Source: Geosiphon pyriformis uo1
Lineage: Eukaryota; Fungi; Glomeromycota
Assembly: GCA_016748015.1 (NCBI GenBank)
Contig: JAAOMT010000239.1
Location: 344,356-408,355 of the forward strand
Direction of reading: 5' to 3'
Length of the DNA stretch: 64,000 bases
Under the pieces are notes generated by a model that saw nothing but the letters and a program-made list of their open reading frames with translations, did not search any database and was not told the origin of the DNA. Each line of letters begins with the position of its first letter. Positions within the stretch are counted from its first letter, which is position 1. The translations under genes and the position numbers were made by a program. Shown here piece after piece: positions 52,458-64,000 of this stretch.

Positions 52458-55400
52458 TTATCTTTCAAACTCTAAAATCAATTCGTAGTGGGGCGTGTGA
52501 GGAAACATATCAATCGGTACTACCTTAGTAGGCCGAAAGGGTTCCCCTTGGTATTGATTAGACGTAGGGTAACAAAGGCTAGATTTATAAATGATGATAT
52601 AGTTTCAGAAAAGGTAGAATTAGCCAGGCAGAGTGTGCTAAAGTACAATCTAATAGCGTTATCCTATATATTTACCCAAGGAAATTTTGCATCGCCCCTT
52701 CGGGATTACAAGAGACATAAATTAGACGTTCCAATGAGGCACATTTCCTGATTTCTTTAATTACATGTGGATCTACCCCCGCTCTAGAAAGAGATATGAC
52801 TGTCATGAGAGTATTTAATGCAAATAAAATAAAAGACATTAAATATAATACCTTGGTGGATCTAGAATAGCCACAATAGTTTCCTCATTTTGTAGAGAGT
52901 TAAAAACTTGCAATTGTTCTTCTACTTTTCCCGCAATGAATTCAATATTTTCAATACCTGATATAGAGAAAATGATCAATGATTAAAAGTTGCCGAGACA
53001 ATTAAACATTTGGAAAGTTGCAAAATAACAATTACCGTTTAATTTTGCATTATACCTGGCATCCTCAACGGCCTCCTCGATCAGCTCAATACCAATAACC
53101 TGATCAAATTTTTTTGCCATTGTAATTCCAATTGTCCCGGTTCCACAACAAATATCAATCAGCTTTGATTTTCCAGGTTTGTTGTCTGCCTTAGCCCATT
53201 CTTGACATACAGAATATATTATTCCAGCCCCAGCTGAATTAGGCTGGAAAAAAGCTCTAGGCGATATACGGAACCTAAATTTACATCGAATATTAGAATT
53301 AATGAGTGTAGAGAACATGAATAAAGTATATATGGGCTACCGATTTCCCAATAATTCTTCGTGAACATATTCATCACCCATAATATGTTCCAGCTGCCCT
53401 TCAACAGATTCAGAATCGGATATCTCCCGGCTGCGATAAAAATAAATGGATGTAACTTTAATTTCAGCAGAATATTCAATATTTTTGAAATAGGTCCTAA
53501 TCCCGTGCTTTTCTCGATTAATTTCCTCTTCGCTCAATTGTTGCGGATGAAAAGATATAATAATTGATACTGTTGAAATTTTGACAAAATAAAAATTTAA
53601 ACGACTTATCCAACAAAGTTTTAGAAACAAGAAATCCGCATATACTACATACTATCACCAGTTGTTGGTGTGCGAACAGTCAGAAGACGCCAATAACCTG
53701 TTATTGTTATTTAGGAAGAGTTAATTTTCACCTATAATTATTATTATACAGCAAATTTATTAAAAATATTAGGACTCTACCTTCTCTGGTTTTACGATCA
53801 TATACTTCATATTTTGATTCACGAACATAATCCTGAAAATGAAGTCGAGTTTGATGAGCCTTTGGATAAATATTTTCAAACTATAATAATATTTTACAAA
53901 AGAATACCTGCATCAGCTGAGCAATTCGAAACGAAGTCAAATCAAGGTGTTTCAAGCCTTGGGGCTCCTGGAAATAAATATAATAATGGAACAGATCTCG
54001 TGAATTTCGTAAAGATTTATTAATAAAAAGATGGCCTAAAGAGAGTTTGTTGCCAAAGATCCATACCAATACAATGGTGATTCCTTCACTAAAGCCACCA
54101 ATTAGAAAGCCAATCGTTCTTTGGCCTTCCAAATTTTTTCCAATAGTATACTCACATTTGTTTCGATATCCATTTGTAATTGGGGAAGGAATAATTTTTT
54201 GAAATTCACAAGGAAGATTATGCAGCGTTCTGTAGGATTGAGAATAATCATTTATTTTAGATAAATTTTGTTTTATATTAAATAAATATCGATTAATATA
54301 TTCAGAAAGGAACACAAATTTTACTTTGCGAAAATCCATTCTATATTTTTATCAATCTTAGGATGTGTACGCATTTTTTGGCGGAAAGTTTTAAGAAAAT
54401 TTTTAATTTTTTGTTCCTTTAATGCCAATTGCTCTTCATATGGAAGACTAAAAAATAATTGCCTTGAATTAAATTATGATGAGTATCAATGAAAAGCCTG
54501 ATCTGTAACAAACCGATGCAATGAAGTCACTTTATCTGCAAGTATTTCAAAAAGATCACGAGGATCATTCTGAAGTGAGGTTTTCTTTTTTCGGGCGAGA
54601 TCCTCGAATTTTGCAATACGTTCCTGGTGTAACAAAATGCTTAAGTTTTTAGTCTGCCGATATCTCTTTTTCCACAAAAGTACGCACCTAAATTACCTCT
54701 TCGGTTATATTTGAGATTTCCGCAGTTAATTTTGTTTTTTTATATGTCATTCCATTAATGAGATCGTAACCAGCTCTCAAGTCATCCTCCGTCTGAAGCG
54801 TCTCAATAACATTAAATATTTTCTATATGACATGATTAAATTGCTATTGAAGAAATTATTTTGACAAAGAACCTTGAATGATACGTAGGCACTGGTCCAA
54901 GAAGGAGGTTTTTTACATTTTGTGAATACAACATTATTTGCGATTAAATGCCGCTTCAAGTCCTTTGGAGTACAAAACTTTGATATGTTTTTTATCATAA
55001 TTCTATACTCCACTCGGTTTTCAGCCTCCTTAACACTTAAGTTACTTTCAGTTTCTTCCTCTTGTATTTTTCCAGGTTGGGTAGACACAATTTGAGGGTT
55101 ATCGGTTATTTCAGTTTGAGGAGGCCTAACCTCCAGTTTTTCCGTTGCTTCAACTTTAATGGTCTCTAAGTCCGACTTTTCCTTTGCATGGAGAAGCTTA
55201 ATTTGTTCCTCAAATTCACTTGTAACTTCTGCCATGGGCTTCTCAAGTGATGAAGTCATTGTAGACTTCCCGTTGGAACTGGTAGGTTGGGTTAGTATTT
55301 TTTCACTTCCAAGTTTACAAATGGATCCAAGGAAAGCTACTTCTGAAGAAAGTGTTCTTTTGTAAATCAGACAAGGTCTTTGACTTTCCCTAATTTCTTT

Positions 55401-55469
55401 CAAATTAAGATTCGACAAAGTAGACAGATTAAACACTTTGTGTGTAACAAATTGGATCACCCTAATCAT
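52458..55469 (-). CDS. TRM2: tRNA (uracil-54-C5)-methyltransferase Trm2/TRMT2A
   Basis: RRM-like N-domain, IIPSPITNGYRNKCEYTIG, WRLLTVRT, FRISPRAFFQPN, IDICCGTGTIG, ILDPPRAG, IYVSCNP, DMFPHTPHYE. Confidence 0.93.
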
Positions 55470-56076
55470 CGCTTGATAAAAATTTTAAGTTAAAGGAATT
55501 CGTACTAGCTGTAGAAATCTTGGGGCTTATCCTTAAGAAAATAGATGATTCCGAAAAATATTCCTGCAACCACTAAAAATCGAGAGATTCCACGCGAACA
55601 AGATGAAAATTCCTGATTGGGGTAATCAATAACTTACAATTTGATACGCGAAGTAAATTTCTGTCATTTAACTTCCTTTGTCAGAAATATTTGCTATTTC
55701 ACCAATAAGTTGGTTTCATTTTTGTAATTTCTACATTTGAACACTACTACGAAACCTTTTACAAGGATCTAAAAGTTTAACGATAATTTAGAGTTATTTA
55801 AAAGATGTTTGTAACATGTTTCTACATCCCAATGAGTTTGGAGATTGCCTTTCGACAAGAATGTCTTTTGGTTATTCTTGAGATAAAGTTCAGTCAGTCA
55901 TAACATGTTACATTCTTTTTCCTAAGACGATATCAGTGTCAATATAATGGCAACTTTAAATGGTGAGATAAAAGTGTGTATACCGAATTCTACTAAAATA
56001 TATTAGTACATAAATATTCTATATTCTATAATCTAACTATAGTATATTACAGGATGATTGAAAACAAAATGCAAAA

Positions 56077-58554
56077 TCAACATCCATTTCTATAATATCC
56101 AGTCCAAAATTTGACAATTGGTAAATCATGTTCGTCAATGTTTAATTGTTTCAAGAATTCTTTTTGTTTCAAAATTGACGATGGGTTACTACTGGCCGAC
56201 TCAAACATCACTGATCCGCCATTAAGAGAGGAAGAGAAATGCCCCACACCAACCCCGCCCGAACTTAAGTTACCAGTTCCAAATTGAATAAATCGTAGAA
56301 ATAGTTGCGCTTTACTATTGGCAAATTCAGAAGGTTCATTTCATACGCTTTAACAAATCAGAATAAAATAGCAAGCAGAAAGATGAATAAATTTCAACCT
56401 TAACCACGATTCTTTGAAAATCATTAGTCGCATGTCCATCAAATCGGATGATAAATTAGATTCCAAAATCTCATGTAGTTGGTTCATAAATAGGTTGGAA
56501 GCCCGAGGATTATTCGGAGTGTTTTTGTAATTATATTCCGTTTCTTTCCCATATTTTTCCTCCGTCCCGTATTTCAGACTGCATTTGAAATTCGTTGATG
56601 TTTTTGCTTCCTTTGATTCCAACAAACACCCAGACATGCTAAAAAAATTTTGATATCAGTAATAATTTCTTTGAAAGGAAACTATATGAAGGTACCTATT
56701 GCACTGAATATCTAGGAGGCATATAGTTGATTTATCGACATCATCAGGAATATTCGCAGAAGCATTCAGGCCCAACAAATTACACTTCTGCATATCTTGG
56801 TAGTTGCTATCATATTCTATAATTGAACAACATTTTCGAGGAATTAAATCCTAAGAAGTTAAATTTGGTTAACACTTAATCAAAATTTAACTAAAGCCAA
56901 AAAATGTAAATTAATATTTTCATACCTTTATTACATTAATGATGGTTTCCACTAACCCTTTGTCGGCACTACGAATTATTAATTGGTTTCCCTTAACAAA
57001 ATCGAAGGCCATTTTTCGAAAATTTGCTGGCCCCAAAGCGCCTTGCAGACTTATTAGGTCGTATATTCGAAAATTTAAACCGGATTTTTTTGTATTTACT
57101 TCGGAATTGTCATTTGTATTAGTAAGTTTATTATTATTGAAAATTGGTATGGGTTGAAGAAGGAATATTGATTTGGGCGAAAAAATGTGCAATTCCGGCG
57201 ACTATGGGAAAGATTGCGAGTTTCAGTCACGGTTAGAGAGTATAGAATTCTTTGACTGAAATTCGAATCTAAAGAAAAGTTTTTCTGATTGTCGTAGCAA
57301 TAAATAATTAAGGAACAAACCAAGGTCTCGCCGTATACTTGTCTTTCTTGTAAACGTCTACCACTTGCTTTTAAAATCCAGCTAAAATTGGCATGTAGCT
57401 GAACGAATAAATCCTAAAGATTGACCATGATTGTATAAAAAATAATCAAGATACATATAAAATTCAGCGATTTCTTTTCACTAAAGAAAGTTTCGAATCT
57501 AACCTTAGATCCCAGTAAATCGACCAGCGATCTTAAAGGTTGATTGGCTCTTCTTCTAAGAAATTGGTCTTATGAAAGGGAGTGATGCTTTCAGATAGGA
57601 GAATAATTAACGGAATAACTTTTAACATATAATCATGCTTTACCGGGAGATGTTTGAGGGAAAGGACCCGAACGTGGCATAAATGAGTCTTCACTACGCT
57701 CACGTATAGGCTTTTCTTTTTCAAAGATTTGATCTGCCTTTGACTGAAGGCCAGTCGCAAGAATTCGAAATTTGCTGTCAATGAAGATTTTATTACGCGT
57801 CATTCACTGTTGTAGTAGTGGCGCAGAATTCATAGAATGTTAAAGCCCTCACCTAACAAGGAAAGGCCAGGATGCTACAAGGTAAGCGCGATCTGTCATC
57901 AAGAATATAAAACTGTAAAAACGATGATATCCTCGCGCTTGACTATCTTTGATCTTAAACATGTAGCTCAATACATATCCATGTTTTTCGTCTCCAAATA
58001 AAACAGGTCCTTCTCTTTGTGGGCAAAACTCGCAGCTAAGGCTAATACAATCAGTAAGAAATAATCTATTAAAAGCAGAGTTTGATTTGATGTGTGAAAA
58101 TAGAATTGCGCTGAGAGTTACTGCACCTGCTAACACAAGCTTTTCGTACAGCAGCATAAAGTTGAGGGTGTTGAGGATATCGAGAACCGATATATGTTAC
58201 TGAGGCATTTTCGTCATCTTCTGTTTTGAACCCTTTAAAGTCTGTGGCCTTCTTTGTCTGAGGATGATTTTGTTCCTCCACAGGTGGTAATAAAAAAGCA
58301 CAAGAAGCACATGTGGAAGAAGGCACAGTCCTATTTATGCTGAACGAGTCCTTCCTACTATTGGCCGGTATGTTATCTTTAGCGCTATCAGGCGAGTTTG
58401 CTTGGTTAAATAAAGGTGATGTGCTTCCGCTACTATCAGAATGAGAACTTTCTACTAGGTCTTCAGAGGTGTTAGCGTGAAATGCCTGTGTACAAAACAT
58501 TACACTTGGACCTTCGACCTCGCAAAAGTGCACGAGAGCCACGATTGCATTCAT
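56077..58554 (-). CDS. FLCN: Folliculin (Lst7/Bhd1)
   Basis: [94 protein letters not shown]. Confidence 0.93.
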
Positions 58555-59089
58555 ATTTGGATATTCCTGTTAAAACTCGACCCTGAACTAAAACTCTCAA
58601 CTGTTCGACCACTTGGCGTCTTTCGGCTCTTTCAATTTTTGACTCCCATTAATACAGATGGATAGATAGACAGGTATATATATATACAGCTGTGAAAACC
58701 CTTAGAACGCTATAAATGATGATAAACTGATCAGTTTCAGTTATCTTCATACTTGCGAAAAACTTTCCCGGGCAAAGTTGCACTAATTTCAACTCGCACA
58801 GATTTTGGCGCCGGCTATAATGGCAATGAATGTATCTCACATGCACTGGCTTGCATCTTGTACAAGAGTCATCTTTGAATATAGGTTTCTACTAAAATTA
58901 TAGCGCAGTTCCTTTTTCAAGGGGAAAAATATTAAACAAATATTTAATACAGAGTTTTGAGAATGCAAAGATTTCGATCAGGATCAAAAATGAAAGTGAT
59001 ATATAGACTAAGTTGCCGTAATATTATCAATGCAGTTTCTACATTCTATTTTGGCGGTTCTAGATTTTAGGAACTGAAATAAAGAAATC

Positions 59090-61032
59090 TCATGGTTTTT
59101 TGGGGCTCCAAATTGCGCGTTGATTATCCATTTCAAACCTATAGGTTAATTTGTCCATTATTTCTTCTATTTCCTGGAATGCACGCTCACGCCGTTGAGC
59201 TGGTGGATCAGCATCTTGATTGTGCATCCTGTGTGATCCCATTTTATCAACCTTTTTAAATACACTGTTCATGAACATGTCACGTTCTTTTAAAGGTGAT
59301 AAATGAAAGCGTTGAGAAGCATAAGTAGGACTATTGGTTTTTGTCAGCTCATTCGTAAGCCTTGTAAGATCTTGAACAATCATTTGTTCTGGTGGATGCC
59401 AATCCTATAAAATAGATAAATAACTTATTAATGCAAAAATAAAAAGGATATTTTCAAAAATATCGTGTTGGATACCTGATCCGTCATTCTGTTCTTTCGT
59501 AACCGCTCAATAACACCATTTAACTTAGCAGCTTCGAAATCTCGTATTTGACGGGGATTCAATTCTACTCGTTGATTGAAAAAACTTCTTGATGCTGATT
59601 TATTGATTTGTTCCACTAATCTGTTAAGGGTTCGATATTTAACAACAGATGTGGAGACTGCACGTTGCTCTTCGTAGCGACCACGAGAAAGTCTTTGAAT
59701 TGCGGTTGAAAGAGTAGCAGCTGATAATTCTTGTAATTGACGATAATTAAGTTCAACTCGTTGATTAGTGAGTTGTGGGGCAGCATTATAGACACGTTCA
59801 ATAGCCGAAAGAACATTATCAAGATCTCGTTGCGTTTTTTCATTTTCAGTTTTTTCTGCACCAATTGAAGAATATTTGGGTGGATCAACATTTTGAGATT
59901 TATTATTTTCGTCAATGACCATTGAATATCTAGGTGGTGGATCATTTATCGACCTATTTCGACAAAAACTGGCAACCATTCCCATAAGACGATTGATTTC
60001 GTTCCACGTGACAAGACGCTCATCCGACGCATCAACTGTTTTATTGATGTTATTTGAATGTTGAAGTTGAAGATTATTAACTTCATTCCTAAGTGTGGTG
60101 TAAATATTTTCATCGTTCACACATTGTAGAATTTCCTCTGCAGATTGTGAATTCGAACTAAGTGGGACATTTTCCATTTCAGATTTAGTCGAACTCAATT
60201 CTAGTATACGGTAGAGATAACCCAAGAGAACAGCAAGAGTACATGCCAAACTATAATCATCACTAGGTATTATTGGTGAATTGGCTTTTAATTGGTTTTC
60301 TATCTGATTCAGTTTTGCGACATCCGGGGAAGGACTGCAACTCTGTATGGGAACTTCTTTCATTTCTCCATTATTTCCAAGCTTTGTTGCATTTTGGGCA
60401 ATATCAGCCAATAATTGAGATCTAATCCAGGCATTCCTATACTCTCGAGGTAACTTATCAAAATCTTGATTATCAGGTATAGGAAAATCGCTGAGGGCTC
60501 TTCTTCGCCATGTTCGAATTTTTTCAGCTGGTGTCGAGATTAAAACAGAGGGCCTCCTATCACGTACTATATTATCTGCAAGAATCTGACGCAAAAGACT
60601 ATCTAAAGCCATTAAAGAAACATGTTTAACTGTGTTTAATGATTCTCTTACATCCTAAGATAGACAATCATTGATAAAATAACAGAAAATTAACCAAAAA
60701 ACATTGGTTTCTGATTTTGAAATTTATTTAAATACCTGAGACAATAGAACGTTATTTATTTCTTCTTGGCCAGATTTCGATAAGCCAAAGTGCTCTATCA
60801 AATATTCAGAGTCACTTTGGTTTGGAAAGTACTTTGAGGAGGGAGCCTCTGTTCCTGAAAAGTCTGTCTCAAAATCATTTCTGTCGTTAAAATCAAGGTC
60901 GGCAAAACTTTCATTCAACATTAAGTCTAATATGTGATGATCAGAAGGAATGAGGTGTGGTGGTGTCGGTTGTAGAGATGAGGAGGTATTATCCTCCAAT
61001 AAATTTTCGCGGCTGTTAACTCTTGCTGGCAT
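59090..61032 (-). CDS. Uncharacterised protein with two PPxY motifs and repeated (N/E)QR(V/A) units, 3 exons
   Basis: Long open exons with in-frame GT-AG introns; PPPRYS, PPKYS, QLTNQRVEL, YEEQRAV, FFNQRVEL, YASQRF, MDNQRA. Confidence 0.75.
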
Positions 61033-61437
61033 TGATCTCTACAAAAGAACTAAGTTAAAATGTTTTCGGGCAAACCATACTGAGGGGGTACAACTTACAC
61101 GTTTGGATTTTGTACGAGACTTTGATTGCTCGGAAGTTGCCATCGCAGCAAAGCTTTATCATACACAGTGAAGGAAGTAGTCTAAGACGACTATATATAA
61201 ATTTTATCGAAAAAATAAAGGAACGGAATATATTGTCTAAGCAGAGATTAGACCTTTGGAAGCCTTAAAATTTAAATGAATTAACAGCACTGCTAAAATT
61301 ATCCGTATGGTGTTCATGTTAAAAGTACAAGTAAAATTTGCGGATAAACTTTGAGAATAAAAAGATGTTGCACGAAATTCACCATTAAAGTAATATGAGT
61401 CACAATTATTGAAAATTTTCATTTTATCTTGTAAAAT

Positions 61438-63563
61438 ATGTTTCAACCCTATTTGCGTCCTTCTTCTCTACGACCTTTGACAAGCCGAAGCTTTTCTAAT
61501 ACTTTTATTAGATACGCTGACTTTGACGCACTCGTCTTAGGTGTTTATAAGGACGGTTCTCTTACAGAATTCGTCAAACAAGAGGTTCCCTTAACTGTTC
61601 AGGAAGTCATTCGACAAAAATTGAAGCTATCTCAGTTTAAAGGGAAATTTGGGGAAGTTAGGCTACTTTATGGGATAGGGGAAGGGGCTAGTAGCGTTCC
61701 TAAGCAACTTGCTGTTATCGGCCTTGGTGACAAACAAAGTCAACAATCGAATAATTCATCTCCGGTGTTAGAAAAGGCAAGGCGAGCGGTATGTTAACAT
61801 GTCAACCCTCTACCATTCTCCTTCTTCCAAGGCTTCCTTCCAGTATTTTCGACTCACATAGGCAGCTATCGGGGTACGGGTTTTACGCGAACAAGGTGCA
61901 AAAAATATTGGTGTTGATACCCTCGGGCACGAGCACGGTAGGTATTGTATGATCCTTGACATTTATACATGTCACTCAATTATTCATGTTATTATAGGTG
62001 CTGCTGAAGGAGCCACGTTGGCCTTATACAAATTTGACAAGTTAAAATCTAAGAAAAATCAGAAGGCGATTGTTACTTTTGGAAAATATGGAGCTTCTTT
62101 GCATTCTTCAGAACTTAGTTGGGAGACAGGGTTGATATATGGAGACGCCCAGAATTTTGCGCGTTTCTTGGCAGAAACACCTTCGAATCTAATGACCCCC
62201 ACTATTTTTGTGGAGAACGTTATATCAAAACTGGAAGGCTTGCCAAAAACTGAAATAATTGTTCGAGATCAAGGATGGGCAATCAATAACAACATGGGGG
62301 CTTTTCTAGCTGTTGCCAAAGGATCTATTGAACCACTCAAGTTCTTAGAAATTCATTACAAAGGTGGAAAGGAAGAAGAAAAGTTATTGGCATTGGTTGG
62401 GAAAGGTGAACTTTTTCTTTCTGTTTCTCTTTGCCATTTTCTTATTACTAATGCGTCCCCGATTTTTTGCAAATGGCTTGTACCTCACAGGCATTACCTT
62501 TGACTCGTAAGTTTTATAGCATTTATTTTTCTTAAAACCATGGGTTTTAATTTTTTCCTTGCGGGTCATTTCCTTATCTCCATCATAGTGGCGGTATTTC
62601 AATCAAACCTTCCCAGAACATGGGTTCCATGAAAGGTGATATGGGTGGGGGTGCTGCAGTTGCAGCCACATTATTTGGACTAGCAAAACTTCAAGTACCG
62701 ATTAATGTGGTTGCATGCATACCTTTATGTGAGAATATGCCTTCAGGTGGAGCAGTGAAGCCGGGGGATGTGGTCAAAGCCATGAATGGAAAATCGATCG
62801 AAGTATAAAGCCAAGCTTGCGATTTTTGGAATATCTTGCTTTTTCATCTTTATTTGACAGTGACTATCAATTAGATTGATAACACGGATGCTGAAGGTCG
62901 TTTGATTCTTGCCGATGCCATATATTATACAAGTTCTATTTATAAACCTCATAGTCTTCTTGACATTGCAACTTTGACTGGTGCCATTGGAATTGCATTA
63001 GGAGAAGGTTGATGTCAACAAATTTTGATATTTAATTAACAGATTTCTTAATTGACATTTATTTTATTACAGTATTTTCCGGCGTTTTCACGAATTCTGA
63101 AAGTTTATGGTCCCAACTTTCGGTTGCTGGCAAGACTACTCATGACCCTTTTTGGCGCATGCCATTACATCCTTCTTATAAGAAGTTAATCACAAAATCT
63201 ACGGTCGCTGATATTGTGAATAATTCTGGTAGAATGGGTAGTTCTTGTACCGCCGCAGCTTTTTTAGAGGAATTCTTATGCGATTTAAATAATGAAAAGG
63301 GAGTGATTGAGGAAGAGGATGAAAATTCTGAGCCAACGATAGAAACCGAAACTGAAGTCCCAGGAAAGATAAGATATGCCCACATTGATATTGCTGGAGT
63401 GATGGATACTAACGACGACTCGGGTTATACGACAAAGGGCATGACGGGTTGAGTAATTGGAATTTTTATTTACTCATCTGATATAAATGATTAATTTTTT
63501 TTGTTTTTAGGACGTCCCACTCGAGCAATTATCGAGTTCGCAAGGACGTTGAGGTTTTCCTGA
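61438..63563 (+). CDS. M17 leucine aminopeptidase (LAP3/PepA-like), likely mitochondria-targeted
   Basis: [97 protein letters not shown]. Confidence 0.95.
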
Positions 63564-64000
63564 ATTTAGAGCTAGTATTGAAATTATTGACTTTGGCTCA
63601 AGTCATTGGATGAAGTCCTTAATCTAGATATATTTATGTAATCTTGTACACATTATCATACTCATAAATTAAAAGTAATGATGAGTGATCAATTTCCTAT
63701 TATACCTAAATTTAAAATAATTCAACTCAAAACAAGGTTTTAGCTAATGTTCTCCCCAAAAAGATTTTCAATATGAAGTCTGAAATAAAGGAAAAGCCAT
63801 TTGCTAGTTCTCGCAACCTGGTCAAGGTTTGTGTCTGGTTGAATGGCTTGAAAATATTGATGATTATGATGGAATTTCCTTTATTTGACAGACTATTGTA
63901 CGAAATGCCAATGTGAGCGAAGTAGGTATCAGTAAATGACCTGAAAGTTTAATTTCCAATACTCATCTGATTTTTTATGGAAATTAGGAAGTGGTGCGTA

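Overview
Eukaryotic, intron-rich fungal genomic DNA with AT-rich, mostly 60-120 nt GT-AG introns. It looks like an early-diverging Glomeromycotina-type fungus, judging by the lineage-typical TKL kinase and a LINE RNase H remnant of the kind abundant in Archaeosporales such as Geosiphon (inference). About 19 spliced protein-coding genes: CFD1 (3' part), mitochondrial uL3, YPI1, FRG1, PPM1, VPS52, CDH1/FZR1, a bacterial-type membrane protein, a UPF0658-like membrane protein, ZW10, DAHP synthase, ATM1, a Cys-rich secreted protein, EFM7/NNT1, peroxisomal D-amino-acid oxidase, a small CxxC protein, TRM2, folliculin, a PPxY protein and an M17 leucine aminopeptidase. Non-genic content: a TKL kinase pseudogene, a 750-bp PIF/Harbinger deletion derivative, an ~8-kb extremely AT-rich island with two inverted ~0.8-kb LTR-like copies, and an eroded LINE RNase H fragment. 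Best leads: (1) two oversized introns (DAO and ZW10) with base-paired cores, one hiding a stop-containing cassette exon whose splice sites lie in stems; (2) an intron-bearing gene of apparently bacterial family; (3) transition-dominated, RIP-like erosion of repeated DNA in a non-Dikarya fungus. Exon boundaries were read by eye; family assignments rest on remembered motifs, not database searches.
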